A stretch of DNA of 64,000 bases from Heterodontus francisci (taxonomy: Eukaryota): positions 61,021,189 through 61,085,188 of the forward strand of contig NC_090388.1 in NCBI RefSeq assembly GCF_036365525.1, in the 5' to 3' direction. The stretch's first letter is position 1. Every line of letters starts with the position of its first letter. The position numbers were made by a program, and so were the translations under genes. Shown piece by piece: positions 52,420 to 64,000 of the stretch. The notes under the pieces are model-generated. The model had not been told where the DNA came from. It was given only the letters and a program-made list of their open reading frames with translations, and searched no databases.

Positions 52420-55400
52420 GTGCTGCTGGAGGGCACAAGGGGAACTATAAATTAATAAATTTAATTAAATTAACACAATAAAGATGGCAGGACAGGTGAT
52501 GTGTCACGGCTGCACTATGCGGGAGCTGCTGGAAGCCATGGCAAACCATTGCAACCATATCTGTAGTGTCTGCGGCTTGAGGAGCTTCGGCTCAAAGTCA
52601 TTGAGCTAGATGCTGAGCTGCAGACACTGCAATGCATCAGGGAGGGGGAAAGTTACCTGGACACTTTGTTCCAGAAGGCAGTCACACCCCTTAGGATGGG
52701 GTTATGTGTGTTGTTCAGTGGTCAGAGACAGGAGGGTACGACTGCGAATCAGGCAGGTAAGGGGATCGAGAAGGTGGGAGTGGAGGAGCTTTCGCCCTTG
52801 CAATTGAGCAACAAGTTTGAGGTTCTTGCAGCTTGTATGGACAAGAGCGAGGGCTGTAGTGTGGATGAGCAGACTGACCATGATACAGGGTGCCATTCAA
52901 TAGGGGGAGCAAAAAGGAAAGTTGTGGTAGTAGGGGACAGTGTAATGAGGGGGATTGACACGGTTCTTTGCAACAAAGAGCGAGAGTCCAGAAGGCTGTG
53001 ATGCCTGCCTGGTGCCAGGGTTCGGGACATCTGCTCAGGGCTGGAGAGGAACTTGCAGTGGGAGGGGGAGAATCCAATTGTCATGTTCCATGTAGGTACC
53101 AATGACATAAGCAGGACAAGGAAAGAGATTCTGTATAGTCAGTATGAGGAGTTAGGCACCAAATTAAGCAGAACCTCAAAAAAGGTAATAATCTCTGGAT
53201 TATTACCAGAGCCACATGCAAATTGGAGTAGGGCAAAGATAATTGGAGAAATGAATGCATGGCACAAAGACTGGTGTGGTAGTAGTGGGTTCTGGCTCGT
53301 GGGGCACCGGCACCAGTACTGGGGAAAGTGGGGGCTGTACCGTTGGGGCGGTCTACACCAGAACTGTGCTGGGACCAGTGTTCCAGCGAGTCGCATAACG
53401 AGGGAAGTAGAGAGGGATTTAAACTAAACAGTTGGGGCAAGGGATTAAATTTGGGAAGATGTGGTAAATCAAAGAGTAGAGACAAGGCAAGAGAGAAAGG
53501 TATTCATTTGGGAAAAGATAAACAGACCGTGACAGGAAAGGACAGTGAGTACAAATCTAAGAGTAAATTAGAATTAGAATTAGAACATTACAGCGCAGTA
53601 CAGGCCCTTCGGCCCTCAATGTTGCGCCGACCTGTGAAACCATCTGACCTACACTATTCCATTTTCATCCATATGTCTATCCAATGACCACTTAAATGCC
53701 CTTAAAGTTGGCGAGTCTACTACTGTTGCAGGCAGGGCGTTCCACGCCCCTACTACTCTCGGAGTAAAGAAATTACCTCTAACATCTGTCCTATATCTAT
53801 CACCCCTCAACTTAAAGCTATGTCCCCTCGTGTTTGCCATCACCATCCGAGGAAAAAGACTCTCACTATCCACCCTATCTAACCCTCTGATTATCTTATA
53901 TGTCTCTATTAAGTCACCTCTCCTCCTCCTTCTCTCCAACGAAAACAACCTCAAGTCCCTCAGCCTTTCCTCGTAAGACCTTCCCTCCATACCAGGCAAC
54001 ATCCTAGTAAATCTCCTCTGCACCCTTTCCAAAGCTTCCACATCCTTCCTATAAAGCGGTGACCAGAACTGCACGCAATACTCCAGGTGCGGTCTCACCA
54101 GAGTCTTGTACAGCTGCAGCATGACCTCGTGGCTCCGAAACTCGATCCCCCTACTAACAAAAGCTAACACACCATATGCCTTCTTACCAGCCCTATTAAA
54201 TCCCTGAAAGTTGCTACCCAGGTTATGTACCTGGACACCAAGATCTCTCTGTTCATCTACACTACCAAGAATCTTCCCATTAGCCCAGTACTCTGCATTC
54301 CTGTTACTCCTTCCAAAGTGAATCACCTCACACTTTTCCACATTAAACTCCATTTGCCATCTCTCAGCCCAGCTCTGCAGCCTATCTATGTCCCTCTGTA
54401 CCCTACAACATCCTTCGGCACTATCCACAACTCCACCGACCTTCGTGTCATCCGCAAATTTACTAACCCACCCTTCTACACCCTCTTCCAGGTCATTTAT
54501 AAAAATGACAAACAGCAGTGGCCCCAAAACAGATCCTCGCGGTACACCACTAGTAACTAAACTCCAGGATGAACATTTGCCATCAACCACCACCCTCTGT
54601 CTTCTTTCAGCTAGCCAATTTCTGATCCAAAGCTCTAAATCACCTTCAACCCCATACTTCCGTATTTTCTGCAATAGCCTACCGTGGGGAACTTTATCAA
54701 ACGCCTTACTGAAATCCATATACACCACATCCACTACTTTACCCTCATCCACCTGTTTGGTCACCTTCTTGAAAAACTCAATAAGGTTTGTGAGGCACGA
54801 CCTACCCTTCACAAAACCGTGCTGACTATCGCTAATGAACTTATTCTTTTCAAGATGATTATAAATCCTGTCTCTTATAACCTTTTCCAACATTTTACCC
54901 ACAACCAAAGTAAGGCTCACAGGTCTATAATTACCAGGGCTGTCTCCACTCCCCTTCTTGAACAAGGGGACAACATTTGCTATCCTCCAGTCTTCCGGCA
55001 CTATTCCTGTCAACAATGACGACATAAAGATCAAGGACAAAGGCTCTGCAATCTCCTCCCTGGCTTCCCAGAGAATCCTAGGATAAATCCCATCTGGCCC
55101 AGGGGACATCTATTTTCACACTTTCCAAAATTGCTAACACCTCCTCCTTGTGAACCTCAATCCCATCTAGCCTAGTAGTCTGAATCTCAGTATTCTCCTC
55201 AACAACATTTTCTTTCTCTACTGTAAATACTGACGAAAAATATTCATTTAACGCTTCCCCTATCTCCTCTGATTCCACATACAACTTCCCACTACTATCC
55301 TTGATTGGCCCTAACCTAACTCTAGTCATTCTTTTATTCCTGATATACCTATAGAAAGCCTTAGGGTTTTCCTTGATCCTATCCGCCAATGACTTCTCGT

Positions 55401-58400
55401 GTCCTCTCCTTGCTCTTCTTAGCTCTCCCTTTAGATCCTTCCTGGCTAACTTGTCACTCTCAAGCGCCCTAACTGAGCCTTCACGTCTCATGCTAACATA
55501 AGCCGCCTTCTTCCTCTTGACAAGCGCTTCAACTTCTTTAGTAAACCACGGCTCCCTCGCTCGACAACTTCCTCCCTGCCTCACAGGTACATACTTATCA
55601 AGGACACGCAGTAGCTGCTCCTTGAATAAGCTCCACATTTCGATTGTGCCCATCCCCTGCAGTTTCCTTCCCCATCCTACGCATCCTAAATCTTGCCTAA
55701 TCGCATCATAATTTCCTTGCCCCCAGCTATAATTCTTGCCCTGCGGTATATACCTGTCCCTGCCCATCGCTAAGGTAAACCTAACCGAATTGTGATCACT
55801 ATCACCAAAGTGCTCACCTACATCTAAATCTAACACCTGGCCGGGTTCATTACCCAGTACCAAATCCAATGTGGCATCGCCCCTGGTTGGCCTGTCTACA
55901 TACTGTGTCAGAAAACCCTCCTGCACACACTGGACAAAAACTGACCCATCTAAAGTACTCGAACTATAGTATTTCCAGTCAATATTTGGAAAGTTAAAGT
56001 CCCCCATAACAACTACTCTGTTACTCTCGCCCCTGTCGAGAATCATCTTCGCTATCCTTTCCTCTACATCTCTGGAACTATTTGGAGGTCTATAGAAGAC
56101 TCCCAACAGGGTGATCTCTCCTCTCCTGTTTCTAACCTCGGCCCATACTACCTCAGTAGACGAGTCCTCAAACGTCCTTTCTGCCGCTGTAATACACTCC
56201 TTGATTAACAATGCCACACCACCCCCCCCCCCCCCCCCCCCTCACTCTTTTACCATCTTGTCTGTTCTTACTGAAACATCTAAATCCCGGAACCTGCAAC
56301 ATCCATTCCTGCCCCTGCTCTACCCATGACTCCGAAATGGCCACTACATCGAGATCCCAGGTACCAACCCATGCTGCAAGCTCACCCACCTTATTCCGGA
56401 TGCTCCTGGCGTTGAAGTAGACACACTAAATAGCAGGCAAGCAGGCTAGAGGTTACAAAAATAATTTAAAAAGGACAAAACTAAAGGCTCTGTAATGAAT
56501 GCATGTAGCATTCGAAACAAAACAGATGAACTGAAAGCACAAACAGAAATAAATATGTACAATCTGATAGCCATTACAGCGACATGGCTGCAGGATGACA
56601 TAGATTGGGACCTGAATATTGAAGGGTACATGACATTTAGGAAGGACAGGAAGCTTGGAAAAAGGTGGAGGGGTGGCTCTGTTAATTAATGATAGTATTA
56701 GCATAAGAGAGAGGAATGACCCAAGTTCAGGAAATCAGGCTGTAAAAGCTGTTTGGGTCGAGATGCGAAATGATAAATTCAAGAAGTTGCTCGTGGGAGT
56801 GATGCACAGGCCCCCTAACAGTAACAATATAGTAGGACGGGGTATAAAAGGAAGAAATAATGGGAGCTTGTCAGAAAAGGTATGGCAACATTCATGGGGG
56901 ATTTTAATCTACATATAGACTGGAAAAATCAGATGGGCAAAGGTAATCTAGAAGGGGAGTTCAAAGAATGTTTTCGGGATAGTTTCTTAGAACATCACGT
57001 TCTGCAGCCAACTAGAGAGCAGGCTATACTAGACCTGGTATTGTGCAATGAGATAGGATTAATTGATGACCTCATTGTGAAGGCGCCCCGAGGAAGCAGT
57101 GATAATAATATGATTGAATTTTACATACAGTTTAAGGGAGAGAAGAGAGCGTGTCTAAGTCTAGTATTTTAAACTTAGAAGGACAGTTATGAGGGCATGA
57201 AAGCAGAGCTAGCAAAGTAGGATAAGGGATAGGTCAATAGAGATGCAGTGGCAGACATTTAAGGTGATATTTCAGAATACACAGAATAGATACATTCCAA
57301 CGAGAAAGAAAAATTCCAAGGGGACAACCCACTATCCGTGGTTAACTAAGAAAATTAAAGACAGTATCAAACTTAAAGAAAAAGCATATAATTGCACAAA
57401 GATGGGTGGCAGGTCAGAAGATTGGACATAATATAAAAAGCAAAGAACGACTAAAATATTAACAAAGAGGGAAAAATTAGAGCACGAGAGAAAGCTGGCT
57501 AGAAAATATAAAAACAGATAATGAGTTTCTTTAGATATTTATTAAAAAAAGTTAAAGTAAGCATTTGTCCTACAGAAAGGGAATCTGGGGAACTAATAAG
57601 GGAAAATAAGGAGATGGCAGATGAATTGAACAAGGTATTTTGCACGGTCTTCAACATAGAGGATACTAGCAACATCCCAGAAATAGCTCTGAATCAGGAA
57701 ATGGAAGAGAGGAAGGAACCCAAGAAAATTACAATCACCTGGGAAGTGGTACTGAGAAAATTGTTGGAGCTGTGGGCTGACAAGTCCCCTGATGGACTTC
57801 ATCCTCGGGTCTTAAAAGAAATGGCTAGTGAGATAGTTGATTTGGAAAATTAAAACCAAATTCCCTAGATTTAGGGAAGGTTCCATTAGACTGGAAAATA
57901 GCCAATATAACTCTTTTATTCAAAAAAAGGGAGGGAGACAGAAAGCAGGAAACTACAGGCCAATTAGCTTAACATGTCGTAGGGAAAATGTTAGAAGCTA
58001 TTGTTAAAGATGGTATAGCAGGGCACTTAGACAAATTCAAGGTAATCAGGCAGAATCAACATGGTTTTGTAAAAGGAAAAGCATGATTAACCAATTTATT
58101 GGAGTTCTTTGAAGTAACATGTGCTATGGATAAAGGGGAGCCAGTGGATGTACTGTACTTAGATTTCCAGAAGATATTTGATAAGGTGCCACATCAAAGG
58201 TTATTGTGGAAAATAAAAGCTCATGGTGTAGGTGGGAACATTTTGGCATGGATGGAAGATTGGCTAGCTAACAGGAAACAGAGAGTAGGCATAAATGGGT
58301 CATTTTCTGGTTGGCAAGATGTAACAAGTGGTGTGCTGCAGGGATCAGTGCTGGGGCCTCAACTTTTCACAATTTATATAAATGACTTGGATGAAGGGAC

Positions 58401-59330
58401 CAATGGTATGGCTGCTAAATTTGCTGATGACACAAAGGTAGGTAGGAAAGTAAGTTGTGAAGAGGACATAAGGAGGCTACAAAGGGATATAGAAAAGGTT
58501 AAGTGAGTAGGCAAAGATCTGGCAAATGGAGTTTAATGTGGGAAAATGTGAAATTGTCCATTTTGACAGGAAGAATAAAAAAGCATGTTATCTAAACAGT
58601 GAGAGATTGCAGAGCTCCGAGATGCAGACGGATCTGTGTGTCCTAGTGCATGAATCGCAAAAGGTTAGCACACAGGTACAGAAAGTAATTAGGAAAGCTA
58701 AGAGAATGTTATCGTTTATTGGAAGGGGAATGGAATACAAAAGTAGGGAAGTTATGCTTCAGTAATACACGCCATTGGTGAGACCACATCTGGAGTACTG
58801 TGTACAGTATTGGTCTCTTTATTTAAAGGAAGGATGGAAATGCATTGGAAGCAGTTCAGAGAATGTTTACTAGACGAATACCTGGAATGGGCAGGTTGTC
58901 TTAGGAGAAAAGATTGGAAAGGCTAGGCTTCTCTCCACTGGAGTTTAGAAGAGTAAGAAGCAACTTGATTGAAACATATAAAGCTTCTAAGGGGTCTTGA
59001 CAGGGTGGATGTGGAAAGGATGTTTCCTCCTGTGGGAGAATCTAGAACTAGGGGTCACTGTTTAAAAATAAGGGGTCGTTCATTTAAGAAAGAGAGGAAG
59101 AGAAATTTTCTCTGAGGGTTGTGAGTCTTTCGAACTCTCTTCCTCAAAAGGCGGTGGAAGCCGAGTCTTTGAATATTTTTAAGGTAGAGGTAGACAGATT
59201 CTTGATAAGCAAGGGGGTGAAAGGTCATTGGGGGTAGGCGGGAATGTGAAGTTGAGGTTACAATCATGATCTTATTAAATGGCGCAGCAGGCTCGAGGGG
59301 CCGAGTGGCCTACTCCGTATGTTTGTATGT
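52420..59330 (+). mobile_element. Older near full-length CR1 LINE (ORF1 ~52483-53427, ORF2 ~56470-59230), split by an antisense CR1
   Basis: MAGQVMCHGC start, VVGDSVMRG, HVGTNDI; then MNACSIRNK, GDFNLHIDW, QGSVLGP and KFADDTK. Many stops. Confidence 0.9.
53569..56426 (-). mobile_element. Young CR1/HER1 ORF2 copy, 5'-truncated
   Basis: Long ORFs of 379 aa and 486 aa (APE-RT); (ttctaa)n tail; TSD taaat at 53564-53568 and 56427-56431. Confidence 0.93.
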
Positions 59331-59702
59331 ACATTCCCCTCTTTCATCATTCCAAAAGTTGGTTACTTATTTTTGCTTTAAGTGGCCCCATTACATAATG
59401 TTATATAAAAAGATGCTCACAGCGTCACCTACAGGCGCATTATCATTGCAATATTGTAACTCACTGTTTTAAATGTAATAGCTTTGAAGTCAAACACAAT
59501 AGATGGGCATATCTCTCACTGTTTCTTCATCTCAAAGCTGACTATCTCTAATATAATGCTGTTGTACATTTTCATAGGTTATTTTGTATACTATATACAC
59601 ATGCATATTCATTAAATAGGAAGCTCAAAACTCTTGTACTAATTATTCCTAGGTCACAATATGGATAAACGAGCAAAGACAATTTAAGTTTTATTTTCCC
59701 AC

Positions 59703-59846
59703 CTGCTATTTGGACTATTCCATGCCTTGCAACATCATAAAAAGGGTGATTGAGATCCAGGGGAGTCGTTCCAGATAAAGGAGTAAGTACAGAGACAGAA
59801 CTTTCACCACTCAAAATCCTCTGGTCTTCCTCATCTTTACAAAGTT
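59703..59846 (-). CDS. ARHGAP8: ARHGAP8 exon (144 nt): LCKDEEDQRILSGESSVSVLTPLSGTTPLDLNHPFYDVARHGIVQIA(G)
   Basis: HPFYDVARHG matches ARHGAP8 (ARHGAP1 has DPYYDIARHQ). Long polypyrimidine tract with CAG acceptor; G|GT donor. Confidence 0.92.
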
Positions 59847-60551
59847 CTGCCGAAAAACAAAACAAAAACAAAAAAAAAAAAAAATGGATTTTGGTGTACC
59901 ACCACATTCATTTACATCGCTCGGGTTTCTAGGGGGGGAAAAAAAGAGTACTGAGATATTTTTCTTTCCTCCCCCCACACTCTTTCTACTGTTTCTGAAT
60001 GGTTTCCACTGCAACATTCCCTAAGGGAATCCCAATCCATCGATCATCAGATTGATATAATTTTCCTTATCTTTTTAAAAAGCTTACTTGCAAGTTATTT
60101 CTGTTGGAGCATATTAACAGACATTTGTTCTAACAAAAGGGGTGTTTCCCTCTGGAAGTTAGGACAGAAATTAACAGGAATTTATTTGTCTGAATTGAAA
60201 CTAAATTATTAAGTTTAGTATTACACGTTTACATACTCTAAACAACAGAATACTAACTTAGAGAACTAAGAAAGGTGCTTGTAGCTACCATCCTAGTGCA
60301 CTGAGCTGGGTTAGGCCCTTCTGGATAGGAAGAGAGGAACAAAGAGAAAGCGAAGGAAGTTCATCTTTGCTCATTGTTCTGCACCTTAGAGGCTGCATTG
60401 ACACAAGCCAGGAGCATTTTATCTCTTGCTGTGGATAGTGAACATTAATCCAATTGAGGAATGGAAAGAAATTACCAGCTCATATCTTCATATAAAACCA
60501 ACTTACTGTGAGAATCTTTTTATTCAGGATGTCTCGAAGATTATTTTTTTA

Positions 60552-61703
60552 CAAAGTGACTCCTGACAAAGTAGTGGCCCGCTGACGTCAGTGTGTGCCA
60601 AGCTGTGCACATGCGCAGCTACATCTTACCAGGATTAAGTGGCGCACGTGCAGGATGATGTCACCACGCAGCGCCAACGCGTATCTGCGCCGGGTCCATC
60701 TTCGCACATGTGCGATAAAGCATCATCGGGTATGCAGCCCCCCACTCGGCTGGAGGAAGCGGCTGAATGGGAGACTTTGAGGCTGGAGCTCGATCTCGGT
60801 CACTCGCTCCCACCCCACTGGCCACGCTCCCCACACCCACCACCCCCCCTGCAATTCGCTCCACGCCTTGACGCTACCTCCCCTCAGCCGCTCACTCCAG
60901 ACCTCGCTGCTCCTCCTCACTCCCCTGGACGACTGTTACTCGCTTCGCGCCACCCCGCTCTCTAGCCACTCACTCCCCACATTCCCCCCCACCTTCAGCC
61001 ACTAGCTCTAAACCATGCCGCTTCCCTCCACTCAGCCACTCACTCCTACTGATCAAACCTGGCAGCGAGTGGCCGAGAGGGGGGAAGCGGCGCGGCCTAG
61101 AGCTAGCGGCTGGAGGGGGGAGAAGGATGCGGGGAGCAAGTGGCCAGTGAGCGGGGTGCCAAGGAGCAGGGAACAATCAATCAGTCAGTGAAGTGGGGGG
61201 GGCGGGCCGATGGGGAGGAGGGGGAGAAAGCGGGTTGCCAAGGGGGAAGAGCGGCCAGTGGGGTGGGAGCTAGTAGCTACATTTGGGTGAAATCAGTCCT
61301 GGTCAGTCATATAAACAAATCAGCAGCACATTTTATACTCTGCCCGCTTTGCTCTTCCATCGATCGGGGTATCAATTCACTATCTTCCAATGGAAATTCA
61401 TCATAAAATTCCTTTTGTATTTAATAGGATTACTGGAATATTAAATGGATCTGAGGATTACAGTTAGTATCCTATAACTACATAGTAGCATATTACTGGG
61501 CTTCCATCCAACTTAATGTAAGGTTAGTTTGCGAGAACAATCTAGCCATAAGCATTTCCTGTAATAAATTGAGCAGCGCCATCTTTAATCCTGGCAGCTG
61601 CCTGAATGCCACAGACACTGATGTTCCAGTTGAAGAGCCTGCATTTGCACATGTGCAAGTACTGCACCACCTAGTGGTTGTGCTGTAAGCAAAGGCAGCC
61701 TAC
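60552..61703. repeat. Unclassified ~1.15-kb interspersed element, copy 2
   Basis: Colinear with 6430-7580; flanked by ttttta on both sides. Confidence 0.85.
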
Positions 61704-61887
61704 TTTTTAACATCCTGATTGTGAAAAGCTATGGCAATACCAACAGTCCCCTTCACTCTTAATTGCTTCACACCTTCCATGTTTGCATGTAGGAATTTTA
61801 TTTTATTTTATTTTTTTTTTAAACTTTCTTGTCAAATTCCAAAGAACTGAGCTCAAAGTTAAACATTACTCTTGGATCTATATTTAC

Positions 61888-61915
61888 CTTTCTCAGCCAA
61901 CTGCTCCAGGTTCAT
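61888..61915 (-). CDS. ARHGAP8: ARHGAP8 probable first coding exon, MNLEQLAEK(E); whole exon including 5'UTR is 61888-61994
   Basis: Minus strand reads ttcttttcAG acceptor, then UTR, then ATG AAC CTG GAG CAG TTG GCT GAG AAA G|GTAAAT. The phase-1 end joins the 59846 exon in frame (G+AA = E). Confidence 0.75.
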
Positions 61916-62769
61916 GTCAGCTTCTTGAATTGCACTGAATGTTGTACAAATGGCTTTTTCCAATGAAGAAACACGCTTTTGATTAAATTAGAAACTGAAA
62001 AGAAATAGGAATATATTTTTAAAAAACAGAGACCGATTATGTTAGTCTATTAGTACCAATGATTTTCCCTCCTCTCCACCAACACATATGTGAGTCACAA
62101 CTCATTGAGCCAGACTCTCAAATAAATTAGTGAGTCATTCATAAACTCATTTAGTTTCACTATTGCTTATTTCATTACCATGTGCCTTTTCAGATTGAAC
62201 TATTTGAATTACTAGCATTGTGAACTTCTATGTTATCCTAAACTATGTTAAACTAAAGAAATATACTCTGAAAAGTAGAGGACTTTTTTTTGAATAAAAA
62301 TGACTAGGTTCCATCCCTCAACTTAAATATGATGATAGAGAGCAATCAATATAGAGGCTGCATGCTTCTTCTGCTGGCAGAAGATTGAGCTGCATCAAGT
62401 CTCAGGAATTAATGACAGAGTGATGATCAAAACACGCCACTTGCAAATTGCCGAGAAGAAATAGGAATATAAAAAGTTTAAGACTTTGAACAGGATACAT
62501 CGCCAATCCGTCAAAGTGTTTCAGCAGTTCACTGCAGCACTGATTTTAGCCAGCACCGCCTCTGACAAGGAGGCCATTTGATGTGTTGCTACTGAAAGTT
62601 GGTATTACTTTGCCTGTCTGTCAATTTATTTCATATCTTGGATGTTTAGTCAAAACTTTTATTGCTAATTTTAGTCAGCCTTGTTTAAAGTATTGCTTTG
62701 CCCTGGAGACATGAATTTTCCAACAGGACCCCCTCTATTAAGCAATGAAGAGGGGGTGGAGTATATACG

Positions 62770-63130
62770 AACATATGAACTAGGAACAGAAGTATGCCAT
62801 TCGGCCCCTCAAGCCTGCTCCACCATTCAATAAGATCATGTCTGATCGGTTTGTGTTTCACATTCCACACTCCCACCTACCCCCGATAACCTTAGATTCT
62901 TGTTAGGCAAGGGAATCCATCTACCTCCGCCTTAAAAATATTCAATGACCCTGCCTCCACCACCTTGTGAGGCAGAGAGTTCCAAAGTTGCACGACCCTC
63001 CGATAAAAATTTTTTCTCTCATCTCTGTCCTAAAAGGGCAGCCCCTAGTTTTTAAAACAGTGTCCCCTAGTTCTGGACTCACCCACAAGAGGAAACATCC
63101 TTTCCAAATCCACCTTGTCAAGACCGTTTT
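62770..63130 (-). mobile_element. CR1 LINE 3' end fragment
   Basis: Reverse complement of CR1 3'UTR and C-terminus (ggcagagagttccaaag, cccctagttctggactc). Confidence 0.8.
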
Positions 63131-63189
63131 AGAAGGCTAGATTGTAAACTTAGTGTGAGGCATCTTCCTTACATGATAATATGTACTCA

Positions 63190-63990
63190 CGAGCGTTGAC
63201 AGACTGTGAATGCCCTATTTAGACTTTTCTGGTCAATCGGTCCCCAGAAATCCATTGGGGAGACATGTCAACTGTTAGGTGGAGATCTGCAGCTCACTTC
63301 CACTAAACAGCATTGTCTGTGTTATCAAGGACATTGCTGCCCTGAATTTCTTTGCAATGTGATCCTGGTCACAATACCCAGGTATTGCTCACCATGGCAT
63401 CAGGAAGGTTACTGATGTTTTGGTCAGGAGGACAGTGCTATTCATATCCATGGCGAGGGAGAGAGTGATAAGGCTCCCACAGGCAATTGATCGAACTATC
63501 TGCCACTTTAAAGTCCCGTATGACAATAGTCAATTTTATGGCTAGGAATGGCTTTAATTCTACTAAATATCCAGCTAGTTTGAAATGCCAGTCACTATCC
63601 TGTATGATAATACTACTCAAGAAGCTGTTATAATGCCTTCATCATGTCATAATTCACCATGCCAACTCTCATGAATTGGAGTCAGATAATCCAATTGTTG
63701 ACTGGAGACCAGGGTTATCCTCTAAGGTCAAGGCTGATGACTCCATTAAAGTTGTCACAGAGGGGGACAATGAGACCCATGTTCCTAGACCAAGTATCAT
63801 ACAGCAGACTATAAGGAACTCAAGTTCCACTTGTATGTGCCTGGATAGATCTGGGAGAGCCCTGCAACATAATCCAGAGAGAATCTCTAGAATCACTGCA
63901 GCTTGCTGCTTCCCTAATAATACAGTGAAGAAGAAAATTTTTCTGGACGATGACGAGGCAGCAGGACCATCATCCACACCACAGAAAAGG
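63190..63990 (+). pseudogene. Decayed PIF/Harbinger (HARBI1-like) transposase
   Basis: Plus-strand pieces GIRKVTDVL, AIDRT, LLTGDQGYPLRSRLMTPL and CLDRSGRALQHNPERISRITAACC, with frameshifts and stops. Confidence 0.75.
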
Positions 63991-64000
63991 AGAGGATCTG

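Noticed and set aside
59572-59907. 111-aa ORF as a standalone gene
   Set aside because: It is the 144-nt ARHGAP8 exon plus read-through into the flanking introns; the FFFFLFLF stretch is the polypyrimidine tract.
1754-61915. Calling the gene ARHGAP1
   Set aside because: Diagnostic residues ([42 protein letters not shown]) follow ARHGAP8.
63669-63977. Minus-strand hydrophobic ORF as a PRR5 exon or membrane protein
   Set aside because: It is the antisense shadow of the plus-strand Harbinger transposase relic; no PRR5 motif seen.

Overview
Eukaryotic, repeat-rich vertebrate DNA. The HE1-type SINEs, CR1/HER1 LINEs and DeuSINE point to a cartilaginous fish (shark or ray). The window holds most of one minus-strand gene, ARHGAP8 (BPGAP1-type: BCH/CRAL-TRIO domain, proline-rich linker, RhoGAP domain). 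I traced 11 coding exons by hand (61915 down to 1754). All have GT-AG boundaries and matching phases, and they total 1074 nt (358 codons). The final exon lies beyond the left edge. The introns are packed with transposons: CR1 LINEs (several nested), five HE1-type SINEs, a DeuSINE, an RTE fragment with a 12-bp TSD, a decayed hAT (Charlie/Buster) element, Harbinger relics and MITEs, a Mag-like Gypsy remnant, and a Gmr1-like LTR element with a SCAN-like capsid. There is one N gap (13171-13388). I see no prokaryote-type system such as CRISPR. The least explained signals are two copies of an unclassified ~1.15-kb palindromic element and a possible alternative or poison exon at 39601-39659. All family assignments come from motif recognition; no database search was run.
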